Positions 58,454 to 64,000 of a DNA stretch of 64,000 nt are shown here, one piece after another; the first letter of the stretch is position 1, and every line of letters starts with the position of its first letter. The position numbers were made by a program, and so were the translations under genes. This DNA comes from Bacteroidota bacterium (GTDB taxonomy: Bacteria > Bacteroidota > Bacteroidia > NS11-12g > UBA955). The notes beneath the pieces were generated by a model that saw nothing but the letters and a program-made list of their open reading frames with translations, ran no database searches and was not told the DNA's origin. Where the stretch lies: assembly GCA_023957335.1 (NCBI GenBank), contig JAMLHC010000002.1, positions 322,809-386,808 of the forward strand, in the 5' to 3' direction.

Positions 58454-61027
58454 ATGAAATTTTTTAATAAAACATGTATTGCATTGGCTTCTATATGTTT
58501 ACTTACCTTGTTCTCACCTCATTCAATCAAGGCACAAGCGCAAAATTCAGGAGCTATTTTTAAAGAAATTCAAAAACTCAATCAATTTGGGTCTGTGTTA
58601 TACATAGCTGCACACCCTGATGATGAGAATACACGCCTCATCAGCTATTTGTCCAAAGGAAGACAATACAGGGTGGGTTATTTATCCCTTACGCGCGGAG
58701 ATGGCGGGCAGAATCTGATAGGGACTGAACAAGGCGTAGCATTAGGGCTTATTCGAACCAATGAACTCTTGCAAGCACGTATGGTGGATGGGGCAGAACA
58801 ATTCTTTACCCGTGCCTATGATTTTGGTTACTCCAAGAATCCTGAAGAAACATTCACATTCTGGAACAAAGATTCTGTCTTGCGCGATGTGGTGTGGGTA
58901 ATTCGAAAATTCAGACCTGATGTAATCATCACCCGTTTCCCTGACACAGGCGAAGGAGGACACGGACACCATACTGCTTCTGCTATTTTAGCTAAAGAGG
59001 CATTCAGAGCCGCAGCAGACCCTAATATGTTTCCTGAACAACTCAAAGAGGTGCCGGTTTGGCAAGCAAAAAAGCTATTTTGGAACACCTTTAATTTTGG
59101 CAACAACAATACCACCTCCGAAACACAGTTCAAATTAAATGTAGGAACTTATGACCCCATACTGGGCATGAGTTATGGCGAAATTGCATCTATGAGCCGC
59201 TCCAAACACAGCAGTCAGGGATTTGGAACCCCATTAGTACGCAATCCGATTTATGAATACTTTGTAGCATGGGAAGGCAGCAAACCTCAAAATTCTTTCA
59301 TGGAAGGTATTGACACAGGCTGGACAAATGCAATCAACAATGCAGGCAAAGCAAAAATAATTACTCAAAAAATCAATAATATCATTGCCCAATATGATTT
59401 CCAAGCCCCTTACAAGTCAATACCAGCCTTGTATGCCCTGCGAAACGAGATAGAACAAAACTACGAATTAACCTCTCCCACTGTATTTTGGCTCAACCGG
59501 AAGATAGAAGCACTCAACCATATCATCAGTCAATGCGCAGGAGTATTCTGCGAAATAACCACAGACAAACAAAATCTTGTCCCCGGTCAAACAACAAAAG
59601 TTACCTTTTCTATGGTTGCACGTTTGCAACCCAAACAAAACATAGAACTTCATTTCAAATTCGGGAATCTTGATATCAAAAAAACGCTCACCGAAAACAA
59701 GTGGGATACAAGCTTTGTTTATACCATCCCAAACACCTTTTACTATGAATCTTCGCAACCTTATTGGCTGAGGAAACCCAAAAGCAAAGGACTGTTTGCA
59801 GATGTAGATTTGAGTTTGGCAGGATTGGCTAAAAATCCTGAATTGTTCAAAGCTGAGGTATCATTGAACTTTAGCAAACCTGATTTTTATATCACACAAA
59901 ACCCGACCCTAAAATATAAAACAAACGACCCTTCCAAAGGCGAGCTATATCAACCTGTTTTTATTGTTCCTCTGGCAGTTATAATGCCTGAGACAAATCG
60001 AACTTTCTTTCTGCTGAGCGAAAACAACAATCAAGCGGTTGAAAAAATCATCCACGTAAAGGTTAAGTGTTATCAAGACAATTTCAAAGGAAACTTGTTT
60101 GTTGAAGTGCCCAAAGAATGGCAATTACTAAATACTCCTGAGGATTTTAAATTAGAGTTTGGAAAAGCAGGGACAGAAAAAAATATTGAAATCAAATTAA
60201 AGCTGTTTGAAAATGCATCTGCCATTCAACAAAGCGGCAGTTATCAATCCTCCCTTTCGTATTATATCATGACAGACGGACAACAATATGATGTAACTGA
60301 AAAACGCATAACATATCCGCATATTCCAAATCAGATACTTTATTCCACAGCCCAAACCCAACTTGTCCTCTCGCCTGTCAGCCAAGAACTAGCACAAAAA
60401 ATAGGGCGTGTAGGCTACATTCCGGGAGCAGGTGACATGGTGATGGAATGTCTCAGAGAAATTGGTATTCATGTAGATGAGTTGAGTGAAAGCGATTTGA
60501 GTAACACAGCCGTATTAGGCATGTACAAAACTATCATTGTAGGCGTGAGGGCGTTCAACGTGCGTCCCGAACTGCAGACCCAATTTCCCAATCTACTGAA
60601 CTTTGTAAACAATGGCGGGCGATTGTTAGTACAATACAACACCAATAATCGTATTGCTCCCATAGATTTTAATATTGCACCTTATCCTCTCACCATTACA
60701 GCCAATCGTGTTACAGATGAAACCACCAAAATTACTTTCTTGCAACCTACACACAAATTAGTGCAACAACCGTTTAAAATTACATCTGCGGATTTTGATA
60801 ATTGGATACAAGAACGCGGAATTTATTTTGCAGGAGCACGAGACTCCCAATTTGTTTCTTTGTTTGCAATGGCAGACCCGAAAGAACAAGCGAATGATGG
60901 AGCACTTATTTATGCAGATTATGGCAAAGGCAGCTATATCTATACAGGCTTCGTATTTTTTCGAGAATTACCTGCCGGAAACCTTGGGGCATATAGGCTT
61001 TTCATCAATCTAATTTATAACCCATAG
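58454..61027 (+). CDS. PIG-L/LmbE-family deacetylase fused to a large C-terminal domain
   Basis: LYIAAHPDDENTRL...HGHHTAS LmbE zinc-deacetylase motifs after a signal peptide, followed by roughly 600 aa more. Start set at MKFFNK. Confidence 0.7.
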   Translation: MKFFNKTCIALASICLLTLFSPHSIKAQAQNSGAIFKEIQKLNQFGSVLYIAAHPDDENTRLISYLSKGRQYRVGYLSLTRGDGGQNLIGTEQGVALGLIRTNELLQARMVDGAEQFFTRAYDFGYSKNPEETFTFWNKDSVLRDVVWVIRKFRPDVIITRFPDTGEGGHGHHTASAILAKEAFRAAADPNMFPEQLKEVPVWQAKKLFWNTFNFGNNNTTSETQFKLNVGTYDPILGMSYGEIASMSRSKHSSQGFGTPLVRNPIYEYFVAWEGSKPQNSFMEGIDTGWTNAINNAGKAKIITQKINNIIAQYDFQAPYKSIPALYALRNEIEQNYELTSPTVFWLNRKIEALNHIISQCAGVFCEITTDKQNLVPGQTTKVTFSMVARLQPKQNIELHFKFGNLDIKKTLTENKWDTSFVYTIPNTFYYESSQPYWLRKPKSKGLFADVDLSLAGLAKNPELFKAEVSLNFSKPDFYITQNPTLKYKTNDPSKGELYQPVFIVPLAVIMPETNRTFFLLSENNNQAVEKIIHVKVKCYQDNFKGNLFVEVPKEWQLLNTPEDFKLEFGKAGTEKNIEIKLKLFENASAIQQSGSYQSSLSYYIMTDGQQYDVTEKRITYPHIPNQILYSTAQTQLVLSPVSQELAQKIGRVGYIPGAGDMVMECLREIGIHVDELSESDLSNTAVLGMYKTIIVGVRAFNVRPELQTQFPNLLNFVNNGGRLLVQYNTNNRIAPIDFNIAPYPLTITANRVTDETTKITFLQPTHKLVQQPFKITSADFDNWIQERGIYFAGARDSQFVSLFAMADPKEQANDGALIYADYGKGSYIYTGFVFFRELPAGNLGAYRLFINLIYNP

Positions 61028-61489
61028 AAAAATCAAAAATTGTATTTTTTCTTATTGCCAATCGCCTATATTTGCAGCCCTCAAAAAAAGCCTATCCGCA
61101 CCCATAGCTCAACCGGATAGAGCAACAGAAATAACTGAATTTTCGACAGGTGTTAGATATTGGTCGTTAAAAATCTCCCTCTTAACAACATGTTGATAAA
61201 CCCAATAGCATAAAAATACATTATCCCTTTTTGAAACAAGCAGTGGGGGAGTATTTTGCCATGTTAATAACCCTTCTTTTTATCCACAATGGCAATAATC
61301 TGTTTGGCAGTTTGGTTTTAGGGTGTTACTTAGCCCACGTCTTTTGGGGGAATTATAAGCTGCTTTTTTGTCTGTTTCAGTCTCAAATCAGTTTTTTTCT
61401 TCGTTTAGGCTAAGAGCAAAGCAGACATTTTAAAACCACAATATGGCTGAAAATATTCAATAAGTACTCACCTAAACAATCTAAGAAAT

Positions 61490-64000
61490 ATGCACTTCTT
61501 TACAGAACATACCGTACTTCCTGCTCAAAATGCTTCGGATAAATACGGTCCTGATGGGGGAACTTCTTCTGATTTATACAATATCTCCGCCCGATTTGAA
61601 TTACCGAATGGAAATACTGCAAAAGCATTTGCTTGCCAAGACGGATTAATGTTGGTGCAACAATCATCTGTAGATTCTGACTTGGTTAATGTTCTCATTA
61701 AACCTAATGAGCCACCCAAGTCTTATTTACAGGTTAAATATTACATATACAGAGGTATACTGAAAAGCAGCTTAATCAGTGGAAGTAATATTACACCCGC
61801 AGACGACAGCAACAATGAATTAATTGCAAGATTTTGGGCTGAAAACGAAAACCATCCAGACCCAAAAGCCTATTTAATAGGTTTTGGTGACAGCCTGCCG
61901 GACAGTACCGACATTGAAGATATTCTTCTATGTACCGTTTCTGGCACTGTAGAACCAATATATGTAAAGGAAGGTGAGTGGTTTGGCGATTTTGGAGGCA
62001 CACATGAAACCGAAGAGCATCCGATAGATTTTGAAGTTCTCATTGACAATGCCGAAGAAGTAATTACTACCCTCGGCTATTTAAGAAACGGCTTTTATAA
62101 TTCCAATACTTCTAAATACCAGATTAATGTTACCTCAAAAACCAACTTGGAAAAGCGCAGATTGAAAGAACAGGTATTATCTTTTCTAGACCCTGCTGCT
62201 CTGTTTGGTATGTTTTATAATGAAGGTTATGTTAATTTTACTGAATATTCAGGCTCAAAAGTGGTCAAATCAACCAATAGCAATTCAGGTTCTCCTCTAT
62301 ACCTTTACACTGTATTCCTAAACAAATTTGAAACCAAGCATACCGTTTATCTTGACATAAGAAGCGACAGGGGATTTTCTTATAATTTCTATGGCAACTA
62401 CGATGACCAGACTATCAATAACAGTAACATTAAAATAGGACTTGGTAAAGCGACAGTTACAGCCCAAAAGTACCATACAAATGATTGGCCAATAATCATT
62501 CTCTCGCAGGCTCAAGATTGGACAGGAACAAGTCCTGTACCCAATAAAAACAGAATTGGATTTCAATTGCGGCTTGATGACGTAGAACAGCCATTGATTT
62601 TTCTGGAAGACATAAGTATCAGAGACGGAAGTGCATCATCCAACTGGATAAAGAAAGACGCATTACTTCCTAAACCACTTCCTGTTACAACAGCAGACCT
62701 ATATACAAAAGAAAACAAAATTCATTTTCCCAATAAAGATTCCGGTACTACGAGGAACAATGTAGCCCGCTTCATTAAGCTATATTATTTTAGGCAAAAT
62801 CATAGCCAAACTCCATCAAGCACTGTAATGCCAAGTTCAAAGTATTTCAACAACGCTTTTATTGAGCTTGACAGCCTCATCTTAGGGACTTTTAAAAGTG
62901 AGGACATCCCCGGCACTACTGAAAACCCTATTCGTAAAAACAAAGCCATAGAATCCTGCAAAAATCATCTCATTCATCAGAAACTTAATGAGACGGACGG
63001 AACAGGGAACTTTGCCTTTTGTGCGAAATCAGGCGCATATTGGGAGCGAACGGGAGCACCAATCTTCGGAGGTGGGGAATACCCTCCTCGTGTATTGCTA
63101 TACACCACTATTTACAAAGAAGATGAGAACAATAGTGAAAAAAAATTTCTGCCAACCTATAACAGAAAATTCAATCTCCACGAAAATCCATTATTTGAGG
63201 ATTCAAAATTACGAAACAACATGGATTTAATCTGCCGAAGCTATAAGATTGATAATAACGACATTAAAATACTGGGCATTAATTGGTATAGCGAATCGGG
63301 AAGAAAAGATATCTCTAAGAATCATAAAGAAAACCTCATGCTACTGGGGCTGACCCATGAAGAACTGACCGCCATTTATGAAACGACAGGCTTGGCTTAC
63401 GATGATTTTCACAGGTATATTTACTTAGACCCCGACAGCGGCAACCCTCTTACATCCGATGCGCCTGAAAACATGCGCTATCACAAATATACAATACGCA
63501 TTCAGGGAATTGCAAGCACAACCAATGGCGGTGGAACTAACGAGATAGGAATGATTACTCCACAATTAGACGAACAGGATATTGTAGTTTATAGCCGAGA
63601 CAATCAGTTCTTTCATTCAAAAGATTTTTCAGAGCAAGAAACGGTTTCTCCAAGACAAAACCAGATTGAAATGCACATATACCACGATGGAGTTATAAAA
63701 ATTACAGATAACATAGATTTAAGCCTAGTTAGGAAAAGATTACTTTCAACCAGAGAGGCTCTAATAGATGATAATACAATTGCAAACGATCAAAGTTTAG
63801 TACAACAAATTCATTACTACTATCATACACAAGAGAATCAACATCAATCTATACATATAGCCAATTTTGATATTGTAATGGCAGACAAAATGGCAAAGAA
63901 TGGTCGAAATAATAGGTCACATATCGTGCCTGGTGGTTACGCGTTGTTAATCAACTATCAAACACCTACAATTCACAATGGCGTTGATGCTGGCAGTTCA
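61490..64000 (+). CDS. large uncharacterised protein, 5' portion only (at least 837 aa, continues past window end)
   Basis: From ATG 61490 the frame is open for 837 codons to the last base of the window. An in-frame TGA at 61448-61450 upstream bounds the ORF. Absent from the supplied ORF track because no stop occurs inside the window. Asn/Tyr/Ser-rich, no signal peptide or TM. I recognise no family motif. Confidence 0.6.
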   Translation, partial: MHFFTEHTVLPAQNASDKYGPDGGTSSDLYNISARFELPNGNTAKAFACQDGLMLVQQSSVDSDLVNVLIKPNEPPKSYLQVKYYIYRGILKSSLISGSNITPADDSNNELIARFWAENENHPDPKAYLIGFGDSLPDSTDIEDILLCTVSGTVEPIYVKEGEWFGDFGGTHETEEHPIDFEVLIDNAEEVITTLGYLRNGFYNSNTSKYQINVTSKTNLEKRRLKEQVLSFLDPAALFGMFYNEGYVNFTEYSGSKVVKSTNSNSGSPLYLYTVFLNKFETKHTVYLDIRSDRGFSYNFYGNYDDQTINNSNIKIGLGKATVTAQKYHTNDWPIIILSQAQDWTGTSPVPNKNRIGFQLRLDDVEQPLIFLEDISIRDGSASSNWIKKDALLPKPLPVTTADLYTKENKIHFPNKDSGTTRNNVARFIKLYYFRQNHSQTPSSTVMPSSKYFNNAFIELDSLILGTFKSEDIPGTTENPIRKNKAIESCKNHLIHQKLNETDGTGNFAFCAKSGAYWERTGAPIFGGGEYPPRVLLYTTIYKEDENNSEKKFLPTYNRKFNLHENPLFEDSKLRNNMDLICRSYKIDNNDIKILGINWYSESGRKDISKNHKENLMLLGLTHEELTAIYETTGLAYDDFHRYIYLDPDSGNPLTSDAPENMRYHKYTIRIQGIASTTNGGGTNEIGMITPQLDEQDIVVYSRDNQFFHSKDFSEQETVSPRQNQIEMHIYHDGVIKITDNIDLSLVRKRLLSTREALIDDNTIANDQSLVQQIHYYYHTQENQHQSIHIANFDIVMADKMAKNGRNNRSHIVPGGYALLINYQTPTIHNGVDAGSS

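Noticed and set aside
61099-61170. Possible intact tRNA gene (D-arm-like TAGCTCAACCGGATAGAGCA).
   Set aside because: No anticodon stem can be paired (ACAGA versus GAATT fails), and no T-arm with TTCGA is present downstream. Only a fragment and hairpin remain, reported as a finding rather than a tRNA feature.
61231-61413. 60-aa ORF (MKQAVGEYFAMLITLLF...) in the long intergenic region before the big ORF.
   Set aside because: Low-complexity hydrophobic composition and no upstream promoter or motif support. It may be chance, though a small membrane peptide cannot be excluded.
1-64000. Searched for CRISPR-like direct repeats with spacers, and for rRNA operons.
   Set aside because: There is no periodic 25-50-bp repeat array and no rRNA-like conserved blocks in the window. 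The only RNA gene is tRNA-Leu(CAA).

Overview
This is an AT-rich chromosomal window, probably from a Bacteroidota genome. Supporting signs are RBS-poor gene starts, TAnnTTTG-like -7 promoter boxes, PorX/PorT-like type IX secretion (T9SS) genes and a short-form NuoG. I found no rRNA genes and no CRISPR arrays, and one tRNA, tRNA-Leu(CAA). Most of the window is housekeeping: rplU-rpmA, miaA, gmk, a cca-type tRNA nucleotidyltransferase, tsaE, rlmH, PBP1A, rfbC, panD, kdsC, rfaE2, an ABC-F protein and a BamA-like outer-membrane protein. Larger features are a complete 14-gene nuoA-N operon (39.6-52.6 kb) with an IS1182-family transposase inserted just upstream, a fused isobutyryl-CoA-mutase-like IcmF (B12 domain, MeaB GTPase and mutase domain in one 1134-aa protein), a PorX-like response regulator, a TonB-dependent receptor with a downstream lipoprotein, an orphan fdx-iscX pair, and an OsmC / DoxX / 2x AhpD-like / SDR / DUF488 oxidative-stress cluster. 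The most unusual object is a large ORF that starts at 61490 and runs off the window end (at least 837 aa, no stop). The supplied ORF track does not list it because it has no stop inside the window. I recognise no motif, signal peptide or transmembrane segment in it. It follows a 462-bp intergenic region that contains a hairpin overlapping a tRNA-like D-arm fragment, and a very large LmbE/PIG-L fusion protein. All functional calls rest on motif and family recognition by eye; no database search was run.
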